A stretch of 64,000 bases of DNA. Source: Microcoleus sp. Its GTDB lineage: Bacteria; Cyanobacteriota; Cyanobacteriia; Cyanobacteriales; Microcoleaceae. Below the pieces are notes generated by a model. That model saw nothing but the letters and a program-made list of their open reading frames with translations, made no database searches and was not told the DNA's origin. Of the stretch, positions 22,086 to 32,996 are shown piece by piece; position 1 is the stretch's first letter, and each line of letters begins with the position of its first letter. A program made the translations under genes and the position numbers. The DNA lies in the NCBI GenBank assembly GCA_052279835.1, contig CP181291.1, forward strand, positions 5,664,001 through 5,728,000, given 5' to 3'.

Positions 22086-22946
22086 TCAATAAAGATAGGA
22101 CGGAAGGACACATCCCACAGGTTGCTGGTACTCACCAACTGCCATCACCGCCAGCGGCTTGAGGGCGCGCAGCCCCTCTTGCAAACACCAGCGAAACAAA
22201 CCTGCATAGCGCACCGGCAAGTGAAAACAAAGCACTTCTCCGGGACTATAGGCTGCCGCCCCTAACAGCAAAGCCTGCATATCGGCTGCTGTTTCGGCGA
22301 CGCTGTGACCGAAAGTAGATACCGCACAAGTATAGGCCACAATCCGGCCTTGTTTGGTGGTAACTAAGGGAGAAAGGTGATTCAGGGCGTATTCAATCTC
22401 GCAAGTGCGCTCGCACCCAGACACTCTATTACACAAAGCCTGACATTCATCTATATCCTCACTGCTGAGCGGCCGTACCTCAAAGTCATACTGGGGCAGA
22501 CTGCTAAACATCCCCTCCATCAATACCAAAGGTTCTTTCACCTCAAAACCCAGAGAAATGTAGAGTGACAAGGATGCCAAGTTAAAAGATTCTTGAACCA
22601 AACGAATACCAGGAGCCTCTTTTCCCTGTTCCAGCAAGGCTTTCATGATTTGCCTTCCTGTTCCTTTTCCTTGAAAAGTGCGATCGACACTAACTGGTCC
22701 AATGCCACGAATCGGGTTGCGTTCGTCCATGAAACCGCAGCCGACAACCTCACCGGAGTTTTCAGCTACAATGTCAAAATACGATGGGCTGTGGATTAAA
22801 ATATCGGTGATTTCGGTGGCAAAATCCAGTGTGGGAAAATCTGTTGGGAATTTATGGCGATCGGAAATACCTTTAAAAGCTTCATAATTAATCCGAGCGC
22901 AAGCATCAATATCCTGATGAGTTGCTCGCCTGATTTCTACCGTCAT
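22086..22946 (-). CDS. GNAT family N-acetyltransferase
   Basis: Acetyl-CoA motif VDRTFQGKGTGR, SLYISLGF. Confidence 0.88.
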   Translation of the reverse strand: MTVEIRRATHQDIDACARINYEAFKGISDRHKFPTDFPTLDFATEITDILIHSPSYFDIVAENSGEVVGCGFMDERNPIRGIGPVSVDRTFQGKGTGRQIMKALLEQGKEAPGIRLVQESFNLASLSLYISLGFEVKEPLVLMEGMFSSLPQYDFEVRPLSSEDIDECQALCNRVSGCERTCEIEYALNHLSPLVTTKQGRIVAYTCAVSTFGHSVAETAADMQALLLGAAAYSPGEVLCFHLPVRYAGLFRWCLQEGLRALKPLAVMAVGEYQQPVGCVLPSYLY

Positions 22947-23111
22947 TTTGGATAATTATTAATTTAATTTGCGATCGCACAAGGAGTTTGTAGTTGCGCT
23001 TAGGCGAGATAGAAACAGCCTGTCGCGCCCAAGTGCTACTACAAACCAGAAAATACAAGCTGAGCTTTTCTGGAAATACTACCCGTTCGAGCTCAGCGAT
23101 TCCCTCAAAAC

Positions 23112-23537
23112 CTAAACTTCGTAGGTCTTTTTACCCGTGAACTTCACCTTAATCGGGTTAGGATTGCTGCCAATATTGCGGTCAACCTTACCGTTGTATG
23201 GACGACCTTCGTTCACCTTTTCAGGGAACACGCCATCCTTGGGATGCAGGTACTCATTAGAACCGTCGGGAAATACACGGTAAATCTTGTAGTTGGAGAT
23301 TTTGAATTTTGCCCGCAGTTGTTGGCCGCCTAAAGCAATGCACTGCTCCTTCCGGGGCAGATACAGCAGGTTGTCGCCTTGACGCATGATTGCAGCGCCG
23401 CCTGTCGGCATTTCAAACACCTGTTCCTTGGGGCTAGTCCAAGTGATCGCGTACTTCTCTTCAACTAGCGCCTTAGTCAGCAAGCCGCCGGTGCTGCCGC
23501 CGAAGATAGGGGGTTGTCCAGTGAGTTCTTCTGCCAT
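23112..23537 (-). CDS. psaD: Photosystem I subunit II
   Basis: [40 protein letters not shown]. Confidence 0.98.
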   Translation of the reverse strand: MAEELTGQPPIFGGSTGGLLTKALVEEKYAITWTSPKEQVFEMPTGGAAIMRQGDNLLYLPRKEQCIALGGQQLRAKFKISNYKIYRVFPDGSNEYLHPKDGVFPEKVNEGRPYNGKVDRNIGSNPNPIKVKFTGKKTYEV

Positions 23538-24277
23538 AGATATATCCAAAGGATTTTTAGGGCATCCTATCACCTGGGTGTTACCCTTCTCTCGAAATTG
23601 TAAGGAAAGTTAACAGTTTTTTGACGAGGGATATTTTATGATAATTCAAAATATCCAATTAAGATTGGAGATTTGGCAATTGCCACCGCTGCGGAAAAAA
23701 TAAATTTGACAGTATAAAATCATCATTAAATAAGAATTTAAAAACAGCTATTGCTAGGGTCAGTTGGGGAGATTTTGTAAAACCAGCCCTAGCCAAAAAG
23801 CACCTAACTCCTGTGGGTACTAACGCCTCATTTATTCCTGGGGCTACTTTGGGCATTTTTCAAATTTTCCAAGGCTCAAATTTTTCCCCTCGATTGGTTG
23901 TTGCTGTGAAGAAAGTTTTGAGTTATAATTTCTAGACCTATTATCTTGGGAACTATGTATATTTCCCACTTAAAATTTATGGCGATCGCGTAAGTAAGGG
24001 GCCAGCCAGCGCCGAAAGGCAAAAACAGGTGTTTCCTTGATGACAAGCTACGAGGAAACCAATGTAAAGAATGTTCAGATTCTGCGATTCTTGGTTGCTT
24101 GGTCTGGTAGCTAGCCAAAATACCCAGTTTCTACGTAAGTATTTTTTTGGGTTTCGAGGAACTAAGATACCTTTGGCCAACTTATGTTCACACCAGCCGA
24201 GTGCCCATAGTTGAACTTGGCGGCATATCTGGCATTCTATAATAACAAACCAATCTACCCAATTGAAAGGACAAACC

Positions 24278-27200
24278 ATGTTCCCAGCTTCAGGATTTTC
24301 TGGTTATGAGCTCCAAGAAATCATCCACCAAGGAGCTCACACAGTTATCTATCGCGCGGTATCGAAAGCCGATGGACAGTTTGTGATTCTTAAAGTTTTA
24401 AACACCGACTGTCCCACCCTAGACCAGCTCGCTAGACTCAAGCACGAGTATCAAATTACTCAACATCTAGACTCTGAACACATCATCAAAGTCTATGGTA
24501 TTGACAATTTTCAAAATTGCTTATTATTAATTTTAGAAGATATGGGAGGGCGATCGCTGAGAAAATGGATGACAAGCCTAGGTTATCGCTCCAATCCCCA
24601 AGCTCAAACAATAGAAAACATACCATGGCAAGATTGCGAATTATCGATCGCCCAGTTTCTAAACATTGCGGTGTCCTTGTCAAAAGCTTTAATTTGCATT
24701 CATACAAATAAAATTATTCATAAAGATATTAAACCTGCTAATATTATCATTAATCCTGAAACAGAACAAGTAAAACTTACTGATTTCAGCATTGCTTCTC
24801 GGTTAAACAAAGAATATCCCAACTTAAAAAATCCCGATCGCCTAGAAGGCACTCTTGCCTATATGTCCCCAGAACAAACTGGGCGGATGAATCGAGAGCT
24901 AGACTACCGCAGCGATTTTTATTCCCTAGGTGTCACCTTTTACGAACTGTTGACAAAACAATTACCATTTCAGAGCAGCGAACCCTTAGAAATGGTACAC
25001 TGTCACATTGCCAAACAACCGACACCCATTCAAGAATTAAAGCCAAATATCCCCCCATTCATAGCACAAATTGTCGCCAAACTCATGGCAAAAAATGCTG
25101 AAGATCGCTATCAAAGCGCCACAGGATTGTTAGCAGATTTAGAACTGTGCCAAAATCAAATTAAAAGTCATGGTAGAGTTTCAGACTTGATCCCCGGCCA
25201 ATTTGATGTTAGAAGCCAGTTATCCATACCTCAAAAACTATACGGACGAGAAAAACAAGTCGAACAACTGTTGCAAATATTCGATCGAGTGAGCAAAGGT
25301 GGTAGTGAAATTGTGATGGTATCGGGATATTCAGGCATTGGGAAATCAGTATTAGTCCAGGAAATTATGCGGGATTCAACTCGCAATCACGGCTATTTTA
25401 TCTCTGGTAAATTCGACCAATTTAAGCGCAATATTCCCTACACCTCTTTCAATCAAGCCATGAGGAGTTTGGTCAATCAAATTTTAATGGAAAGCCAAAC
25501 TCAGTTAGCCCAATGGCGAAAAACACTACTGAACACTTTGGGTGTCAATGCTCAAGTTGCGATCGATGCTATCCCCGAATTAGAGTTAATTTTAGGCCCG
25601 CAACCTCCCGTACCCGAACTTGGTGTGATTGAATCTCAAAATCGATTCAATCGAGTCATGCAGCAGTTTATCCACGCCATAGCAACTGCGGAACATCCTT
25701 TAATCTTATTTCTCGATGATTGTCAGTGGATAGATGGTGCAACAGTCAAGATGTATCAAGAAAATTGCATCGCCCGAAACCCTTACTTGCTAGTGATTAA
25801 TGCCTATCGAGATCGTGAAGTCAGTCCCACCCATCCCTTGATGCTAGCAAATGATGCCCTTCGGGCTACAGGAATTTCGATTACAGAAATTCAATTAAAA
25901 CCCTTGACAATTTATCAGATAAACCAATTAGTATCTCAAAGCCTGAATTGTACTTTAAAAAAAGCTGAAATTCTGAGCAATTTATTGTTAGAAAAAACCG
26001 GAGGAAATCCCTTTTTTGTCAAACAACTGCTGAAGTCATTACATCAAGATGGCTTCCTAAAATTTAATCCAACCCAGGAGGAATGGCAGTGGAATATTCA
26101 ACAAATTCAGCAGCAGAAAATCTCGGAAAATGTGGTTGATTTGATGGTTGAAAAAATTCAAAAATTGTCAGTTGCTACTCAAAAAATTTTACAATTAGCT
26201 GCTTGCATAGACAATGAATTCACTTTAGAGTTCTTGTCGATAGCCAGCGAAAAATCTTTAACTGAAACAGTGCGAGAGTTGTGGGAAGCACTGCAAGTAG
26301 GTTTGATTTTACCTGTAGATAATAACTATCGAGTCGCGCAAGTATTGGATGGGCAGGAGTTGGAAAAATTGGACAAAACAGCCGGAAAGGTGCGCTATAA
26401 GTTCTTGCACGATCGAGTGCAACAAGCAGCCTATGTGATGATTCCTGATGCGCAGAAACAACCAGTTCATTTGAAGTTAGGACGTTTGTTGTTGCAGAAC
26501 ACTAATGAAGCCGAACGCCAAGAAAAAATCTTTGATATTGTCAATCATTTCAACTTGGCTCGCGGGTTGATTTCTAGCGATGAAGAATTTTATCAATTAG
26601 CACAACTAAATTTACAAGCAGGAAACATGGCTAAATCTGCTTCAGCTTTTGAAGCGGCAAAGACTTTTTTTGAAACTGGATGCAACACTTTACCAGCCTC
26701 AAGCTGGCAAGATAATTATGCCTTGACTTTAGAATTAAATATAGCACGGGGTGAAGCAGAATATTTGAATGGGAATAATGATGAAGCTTTAGTTATTTTT
26801 GATGAAGTTATTCCGAGGACTAAAAGTTTATTATCACATTGCTTGATCGATGAATTAAAAATGACTTGTTTGCGGATGAAAAATGATTTGTCGGCTGCTT
26901 ACAAGTTAGGTGTGGAAACATTACAATCTTTGGGTGTCGAATTTGAAGCTTACCCAGATGAGGATTTTTTAGCTAGTGAATTAGCCAAAACGAAGGCGAT
27001 GATTGGCGATCGGGCGATCGCCGATTTGGCAGATTTACCCCTACTCACCGATCCGCTAAAACTCGCAGCCCACCGGATTTTGAAAGAACTGTTCCCCATC
27101 GCCTATTTTACCAATCCCAACGCTCAATTTCTCTGCGCGCTCAAGTTAGTGCAAGGGAGTATTGAGCATGGTAATTGCCGAATTTCTGCCTTTGGTTACA

Positions 27201-29701
27201 CTTTGTATGCCTTTACTTTAATCACTAAATATCGTGAAATTGAGGCTGGGTGTGCAGCGGCAAAACTCTCGCTCAATCTCTACGAAGCTTGGAATATTAA
27301 AGAGTTAGGAGCTTGTATTTTCCATATGTGGGGGGCTTTAACCTTGCATTACATTGAATATATAGATGAGGGCAAGTTGTTGATGCTGAAAGCCTTTAAT
27401 CATGGTATAGAAACAGGTGCTTACCAGTGGTCTGGTTATGCTTCCATTAATTATGTATGGAGTTGTTTTTTTGGCAATGAATCTCTACAAAAAACCACAG
27501 AAATTACAGATAATTTTATCCCTGTGTTGTCAAAAATCGATCGCAATATGTTAGCCTATCACTTGTTGAACAAAAATGCGATCGCCCAACTTACCTGCAC
27601 CTTAGAAGCCGCCCAGATACCTCAAACTTTTATTGATGATGAAGCGCTGTTAAAATTTGCTGAATCCTCTGCCGATCTGACTACGATTTTTGTAATCTAT
27701 CTTTACAAACTGACTATTGCTAACTGGTTTGGTGACGTCCATCTAGCCTTAGAATATGCCCTGGATGGGGCGGAATTTTTGAAAGGTGGTGCCGGTCATT
27801 TTGTCAATCCTGTTTTTCGTTTTCATTACGCGATCGCTCTGGCGTCTGGTGCCACAAATGCCAGCGATCGCGATCGTCAACTATACCGAGAACAACTCAA
27901 CATCAGCCTAGAAGAATTTCGAGATTTGGCGCAACATTCCCCAGCCAACTATCAACACAAATATTTATTAATCTACGCAGAAATAGAGCGACTATCAGGA
28001 AATAATTATGCAGCCGCAGAATATTACGACCAATCCATCGCCTCAGCGCTGGAAAATGGATTTATCCAAAATGCAGCCCTAGCCAACGAACTAGCCACCC
28101 GCTTTTATTTAACACAAAATCGGTACAATGTCGCCAAATTTTATCTTAATGATGCCCGTTTTTGCTATCTGCAATGGGGTGCTACTGCCAAAGTTAATCA
28201 ATTAGAAAACTCCCATCCTGATTGGTTTCAAAAAATATCCGATAATCACATAACAGTCACTACCACTGCCAGTACCTCTGCCGATGGTAACATTTTAGAT
28301 GTAGGAACAGTAATGAAAGCATCCCAGACTATTTCTAGTGAAATAGTCTTAGGAAAATTGTTAACAAAACTGCTGCATATTATTTTAGAAAATGCGGGAG
28401 CTGAAAAAGGAGCTATTATTCTCGAAAAAGATGGGGAACTTTCCATAGAAGTCTTGGATACTCACAAGCAAAATTCTCGCATCTTCCACGAGCCAACTTT
28501 ATTAAAAAACAGTTCAGAACTGCCAATTTCTGTCATTCAATATGTGGTGATGACTCAGAAAGCAATACTTTTGACCAATGCAGCCAAAGAAACCATTTAT
28601 CAAGCGGATTTATATATTCAAAAAACTAGACCAAAATCGCTTTTGTGCGCCCCTATTATCTATCAGGGTAAGTCCATTGGTGTAGTTTATTTAGAAAACA
28701 ATCTGGTGGTGGGTGCGTTTACAAAGGAGCGATTGAAAATGTTACAAATATTGACATCCCAGGCGGCAATTGCCATTGAAAATGCCCGTCTCTATGCTGG
28801 CGAACAAGAAAAATCTCGTGAGTTAAAAGCCGCAGTGATTCAACTGCAACAAACTCAAGCACAATTAGTTCAAACTGAAAAAATATCTCAACTTGGACAA
28901 CTGGTGGCTGGAGTTGCTCACGAAGTGAATAATCCCGTTGGTTTCATTTCTGGAAATTTGCACCACGTTCAAGAATATATTGATGATTTGATTAATTTGC
29001 TCAATCTTTATCAAGAAAAATTTCCCGAACCTGGACAAGAAATTGAAGATGAAATTGAGTCTATCGAACTGGAATATCTATTAGAAGATTTGCCCAAAAC
29101 CACGGCCTCCATGAAATTGGGAATCGATCGCATTCGGGATATCATGCAATCCCTCCGCAACTACTCCCGCACCGACACCGCTCAAAAAAGAGCCGTTGAT
29201 ATTCACGAAGGAATTGAAACTACTTTGATGATTTTGTCTCACCGACTGAAAGCCAAACAAGCTCGACCAGCAATTAAAATCATTAAATATTATGGTGAGT
29301 TACCAAAATTACAATGCTATCCAGGACAAATGAATCAAGTATTTATGAACTTGATTGCTAATGCAATTGATGCTTTGGATGAATCTAATGTGGGCAAAAC
29401 CTATGCACAAATAGATAAAAATCCCAATAAAATTACCATTTCTACTTTCGGAATTTCCCAAAAAGCAGGACAAACAATGGACACCTTGGTAATTCGGATC
29501 GCTGATAACGGCTTGGGAATGCCAGAAAGCGTGCTCGAAAAATTGTTTACTCCATTTTTTACCACTAAAGTAGAAGGGGAAGGAACGGGATTGGGCTTGT
29601 CTATTTGTTATCAGATAGTAACCGAAAAACATGGAGGGAGTTTGGAATGTTTTTCATCGGTGGGGAAAGGAACGGAATTTGTAATTAGTATTCCGATGTA
29701 G
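24278..29701 (+). CDS. Ser/Thr kinase - AAA ATPase - GAF - histidine kinase hybrid (HstK-like)
   Basis: HKDIKPANI, GTLAYMSPEQTGRMNR, Walker A GYSGIGKS, GAF (SLLCAPI...YLEN), H-box VAHEVNNP, GTGLGL. Confidence 0.93.
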   Translation: MFPASGFSGYELQEIIHQGAHTVIYRAVSKADGQFVILKVLNTDCPTLDQLARLKHEYQITQHLDSEHIIKVYGIDNFQNCLLLILEDMGGRSLRKWMTSLGYRSNPQAQTIENIPWQDCELSIAQFLNIAVSLSKALICIHTNKIIHKDIKPANIIINPETEQVKLTDFSIASRLNKEYPNLKNPDRLEGTLAYMSPEQTGRMNRELDYRSDFYSLGVTFYELLTKQLPFQSSEPLEMVHCHIAKQPTPIQELKPNIPPFIAQIVAKLMAKNAEDRYQSATGLLADLELCQNQIKSHGRVSDLIPGQFDVRSQLSIPQKLYGREKQVEQLLQIFDRVSKGGSEIVMVSGYSGIGKSVLVQEIMRDSTRNHGYFISGKFDQFKRNIPYTSFNQAMRSLVNQILMESQTQLAQWRKTLLNTLGVNAQVAIDAIPELELILGPQPPVPELGVIESQNRFNRVMQQFIHAIATAEHPLILFLDDCQWIDGATVKMYQENCIARNPYLLVINAYRDREVSPTHPLMLANDALRATGISITEIQLKPLTIYQINQLVSQSLNCTLKKAEILSNLLLEKTGGNPFFVKQLLKSLHQDGFLKFNPTQEEWQWNIQQIQQQKISENVVDLMVEKIQKLSVATQKILQLAACIDNEFTLEFLSIASEKSLTETVRELWEALQVGLILPVDNNYRVAQVLDGQELEKLDKTAGKVRYKFLHDRVQQAAYVMIPDAQKQPVHLKLGRLLLQNTNEAERQEKIFDIVNHFNLARGLISSDEEFYQLAQLNLQAGNMAKSASAFEAAKTFFETGCNTLPASSWQDNYALTLELNIARGEAEYLNGNNDEALVIFDEVIPRTKSLLSHCLIDELKMTCLRMKNDLSAAYKLGVETLQSLGVEFEAYPDEDFLASELAKTKAMIGDRAIADLADLPLLTDPLKLAAHRILKELFPIAYFTNPNAQFLCALKLVQGSIEHGNCRISAFGYTLYAFTLITKYREIEAGCAAAKLSLNLYEAWNIKELGACIFHMWGALTLHYIEYIDEGKLLMLKAFNHGIETGAYQWSGYASINYVWSCFFGNESLQKTTEITDNFIPVLSKIDRNMLAYHLLNKNAIAQLTCTLEAAQIPQTFIDDEALLKFAESSADLTTIFVIYLYKLTIANWFGDVHLALEYALDGAEFLKGGAGHFVNPVFRFHYAIALASGATNASDRDRQLYREQLNISLEEFRDLAQHSPANYQHKYLLIYAEIERLSGNNYAAAEYYDQSIASALENGFIQNAALANELATRFYLTQNRYNVAKFYLNDARFCYLQWGATAKVNQLENSHPDWFQKISDNHITVTTTASTSADGNILDVGTVMKASQTISSEIVLGKLLTKLLHIILENAGAEKGAIILEKDGELSIEVLDTHKQNSRIFHEPTLLKNSSELPISVIQYVVMTQKAILLTNAAKETIYQADLYIQKTRPKSLLCAPIIYQGKSIGVVYLENNLVVGAFTKERLKMLQILTSQAAIAIENARLYAGEQEKSRELKAAVIQLQQTQAQLVQTEKISQLGQLVAGVAHEVNNPVGFISGNLHHVQEYIDDLINLLNLYQEKFPEPGQEIEDEIESIELEYLLEDLPKTTASMKLGIDRIRDIMQSLRNYSRTDTAQKRAVDIHEGIETTLMILSHRLKAKQARPAIKIIKYYGELPKLQCYPGQMNQVFMNLIANAIDALDESNVGKTYAQIDKNPNKITISTFGISQKAGQTMDTLVIRIADNGLGMPESVLEKLFTPFFTTKVEGEGTGLGLSICYQIVTEKHGGSLECFSSVGKGTEFVISIPM

Positions 29702-29756
29702 TTAGTGGTTATTTGTAGGACAACCAAATTATTCAAAAAGTCGGGTATCTCGGTAT

Positions 29757-31745
29757 TTATACGGTGGGAATAGTGAAATGAAATTCACTCCCTTTGTCTT
29801 TTCCTGGGGAATCTACCCAAATTTTACCTCCCCAACCAGCCACAATCTGTTTGCAAATTGCCAATCCTAAACCCGTACCGCCGGCACTGCGCCGCAAAGC
29901 TCCTTCTTCTTGATAAAATCGATCGAACACTACTTTTAAACTATTCGCCTCTATCCCTCTCCCCGTATCCGCTACCAGCACTTCCACCATCCGATAACCG
30001 TTACAATGAGCTCGAACCGTCACGCTTCCCTGGGGTGTGGTGAATTTGCAAGCGTTATCTAACAGTTTGGAAAGCACTTCTACCAACCACTCGCCATCAG
30101 CTTGCACTAAAGGCAATTCTGCGGATACATCAGTGATAATTTCCGGCAATTTTCTATCAAAGGAACGAGCTCTAACGCTGCTGAGGGCTAAATCTACGCA
30201 TTCTTGCAAGGTTAGGGATTCTACATTCCATTCCACTCGCCCGCTTTCTAAGTGGGAAAGAGTTAGGAAATCCTGGACGAGTTTGCGCATTCTATCGGCA
30301 TCGCCTAGGGCTGTTTCTAACATGATTTTCCGCAATTCTGCTGGCATATCTGGTTCGGAATTCAAGCTTTCTAGACATACTTGAATCGTAGAAAGGGGAG
30401 TGCGGAGTTCGTGTCCGGTGATGGCAATGAGATTGCTGCGAGTGCGGTCTAAGGCTTCTAATTGTTGATTGAGTTCTTCTAAATTAGCGTAGGTTTCTGC
30501 TTGAATTAAGGCCGAACCGAGTTGAGTAGCGATCGCCTCTACTAAAGCCAGTTCATCTTCTTCCCAAGCCAAAGTCGATCGACACTGGTGCATTTCCACC
30601 ATCCCCAAAATCCGCCCATGATAAAGCACAGGCACCATTAACCACGAGACAATTTCCCACTGTTGGACAGTCTTTTGTAGGGATTTTGTATTGACAATTA
30701 GCGGATGTTGTGCTGTGTCTTGAATGTAAACTCGCTCTTGGTTTGCCACCGCATCACGAAATATGGGATTTTCCTGCAAGGGCCAAGTCTGATTTAGCAG
30801 GGAATTAGTGCTGGGGCGCAAAAACTCGCGCTCGATTTTAGTTGCAATATCTGTCGCTTTGCAGCGATAAATCAAACAGCGGTTGGCTGACAAAGCTGTA
30901 CCCAGTTCTTGCACTGCCACTTCCACTATTTCTTGAGGATTCAGCGATTGCCGCATGGCCGTTGTGATCGTATTCACCAAGCGTTCTTTGCGTTCTTGGG
31001 CCGCGATCGCACCGTAGGCTTTCAGCAGTTTGTGTTGACCCGCTTGCAAGTATGTTACCAAGCGTTCGGTAAAAGCATCGCTGAGTTTAGGATTGGGAAT
31101 TTTGGCAGTTTTCCCTAAAGTTTTGTCTGGTTTTGCAGCTTTGGCACTCGCCGATTTCCGGGGTTTTTTCGGTTTTTTGACCAGATTATAAGTGGTTTGC
31201 GCTATTTCGATCTTTTCTGCTAATTCGGGGCGATATTTGACAATGCGATCGAGCAGCAATTGGGCTGCTTTGCAACTTACATCGCGATCGAAAGTCCAAA
31301 TTCCCTCAAATCTACGAGCTTGATCCATCAATAGTGGTTCCCGCTCATCCTGATTTTCCAGAGGGATAAATTTTTCTTGACAAATCAGACAAGTTGAGTA
31401 GTTTTCTCCGATGACCACTAAGTGCCACTCTTGGCTTAATCCATCCTCTGGATCGAAAGCCACAGTTTCGTAAAATTCCGAGGAGTTTTTAAAGTCAGTT
31501 TCCGGTGCTGCTAGCACGTATACCTGAGATGAGCGATCGGAAATGCGCCGATAGCGGTGAGCTTCCTGGCGATAAAATCGCTCTCGCTGAAAGCTAGCAA
31601 TGACTAACGGTTCATCAGAACCTGCCAAAACCAAGTCTTCCATCGCGTGAGACAGCGCTGTCATGGAAGATTTGAAATAAATTTGGGCCCGTAGCTGGGG
31701 CAAAGCTTGCAGAAGTTCTGCGAGTAATGAAATAGGGACGATCAT
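29757..31745 (-). CDS. DICT-GAF histidine kinase (Hik2/CSK-like)
   Basis: DICT motifs YFKSSMTALSHAMED and FQRERFYRQE, GAF, HELRTPL, LLDNACKFT. Confidence 0.88.
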   Translation of the reverse strand: MIVPISLLAELLQALPQLRAQIYFKSSMTALSHAMEDLVLAGSDEPLVIASFQRERFYRQEAHRYRRISDRSSQVYVLAAPETDFKNSSEFYETVAFDPEDGLSQEWHLVVIGENYSTCLICQEKFIPLENQDEREPLLMDQARRFEGIWTFDRDVSCKAAQLLLDRIVKYRPELAEKIEIAQTTYNLVKKPKKPRKSASAKAAKPDKTLGKTAKIPNPKLSDAFTERLVTYLQAGQHKLLKAYGAIAAQERKERLVNTITTAMRQSLNPQEIVEVAVQELGTALSANRCLIYRCKATDIATKIEREFLRPSTNSLLNQTWPLQENPIFRDAVANQERVYIQDTAQHPLIVNTKSLQKTVQQWEIVSWLMVPVLYHGRILGMVEMHQCRSTLAWEEDELALVEAIATQLGSALIQAETYANLEELNQQLEALDRTRSNLIAITGHELRTPLSTIQVCLESLNSEPDMPAELRKIMLETALGDADRMRKLVQDFLTLSHLESGRVEWNVESLTLQECVDLALSSVRARSFDRKLPEIITDVSAELPLVQADGEWLVEVLSKLLDNACKFTTPQGSVTVRAHCNGYRMVEVLVADTGRGIEANSLKVVFDRFYQEEGALRRSAGGTGLGLAICKQIVAGWGGKIWVDSPGKDKGSEFHFTIPTV

Positions 31746-31923
31746 CTAGCCTTAAGCGAGCATTTTTGCCGATGACAAAACGGGAGCGATCGACACTTTA
31801 GATCGATCCCTTTTTAGTATCTCTCAAAAAACACCACTAATTAGCTATTACTTACAAACTAACGGTTAATTATTTTTTTCTGACCCCGATCCCGTAAGTA
31901 TAAATGCTGTGGGTTTCCCCGAA

Positions 31924-32235
31924 TCAGACTAGCTCGCCACCTTCGTCACTGCCACCGGGAGATGATTTGTAGAGAGCATCCAATTGTTCGCGGGCATCTT
32001 GTACACTAAGCGAACGCATCACTAACAGGGGCTCGTTGACTATGTTTCCGTATTCATCTAAAAGTTCGGGATGTGGCACACTTTGAGAGCGAGAAGAGGA
32101 TGCGTAGCGATTATGATGTCTAAATTGTTGAGGGCGCTGGGACTCCATCCCCACCGTAACTAAGCTGCGGATTAAGTTACCGACGGCCAGAAAGGCAAGA
32201 ACGGTAAAAGCTAGGATATAAAGCAGATGTAACAT
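31924..32235 (-). CDS. DUF2973-like protein
   Basis: MLHLLYILAF TM segment, PHPELLD...EPLLVMR. Confidence 0.8.
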   Translation of the reverse strand: MLHLLYILAFTVLAFLAVGNLIRSLVTVGMESQRPQQFRHHNRYASSSRSQSVPHPELLDEYGNIVNEPLLVMRSLSVQDAREQLDALYKSSPGGSDEGGELV

Positions 32236-32390
32236 GATTTTTTCCTCCGGGCTAAACAGCCACACAGCAATTTACAAATGTGTTTCAGCAATTAATAAAT
32301 TATTAACTGGAAATCTTTTTGAGGTTGTCAAGTCTGCTGCCGATATTTCCTTGGTTGGGGATTTGACAGCGCGTTTAATTGGAAATCACC

Positions 32391-32720
32391 TTATCTGCCA
32401 AGCTTGGCCGACTGGGATGAGCGAAATCGCGACGATACTTGCCAGCATTCTGCCAGAAGCCTGTGCCACGGCATCAGGGCGGCGGTTTCAATCCCAACTT
32501 GACCTCCGGTTGCTTGAAATAAAGCGATCGCAGCATTTACTTCTTGCTGAGCTTGTTCAACTCTCCCTAACAAGTCCGATTGTGCTTCACTGCTCAAAAA
32601 GGTGATTTCCTCAGTTTCTAAAAGAGTTGCCGAGCGAGCAAACCAGTATTTAAAATCCTCTAACAGCGGTTGCAGTAAGGATTTTAGCAATTCGGCTTCC
32701 GGCAAGTCGGGATTAAGCAT
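32391..32720 (-). CDS. DUF2605-like protein
   Basis: LLQPLLEDFKYWFARS...PWHRLLAECW. Confidence 0.8.
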   Translation of the reverse strand: MLNPDLPEAELLKSLLQPLLEDFKYWFARSATLLETEEITFLSSEAQSDLLGRVEQAQQEVNAAIALFQATGGQVGIETAALMPWHRLLAECWQVSSRFRSSQSAKLGR

Positions 32721-32996
32721 GGATCAAAATTGGGTTATTTATCTATTGTAATCTTAGATGCTATTTACAAATTGTAACATTTTTTTAACAAAAGTTCAAC
32801 TTATTTACAATTGTTAAAGCCGACGAGGATTTGGGATTTGTGATGGGAGACGACAACCCTAGAGATGAATCCACGGCTTACACCAGGCTACTTTCGGTCA
32901 ATTCCCCAGATACCCCAAAGCATTAAGTGGGCGGTTGCTCTCCCAATCTGAGTAAGATAGAACCCAGTGCAACTAAATTAATTGCTAAATCAACCG

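Noticed and set aside
24005..24060. Riboswitch upstream of the large hybrid kinase (GCCGAAAGGC and GTTTCCTTG/CGAGGAAAC hairpins)
   Set aside because: I could not match a full consensus for the c-di-GMP, glycine or c-di-AMP classes; two small hairpins are insufficient.
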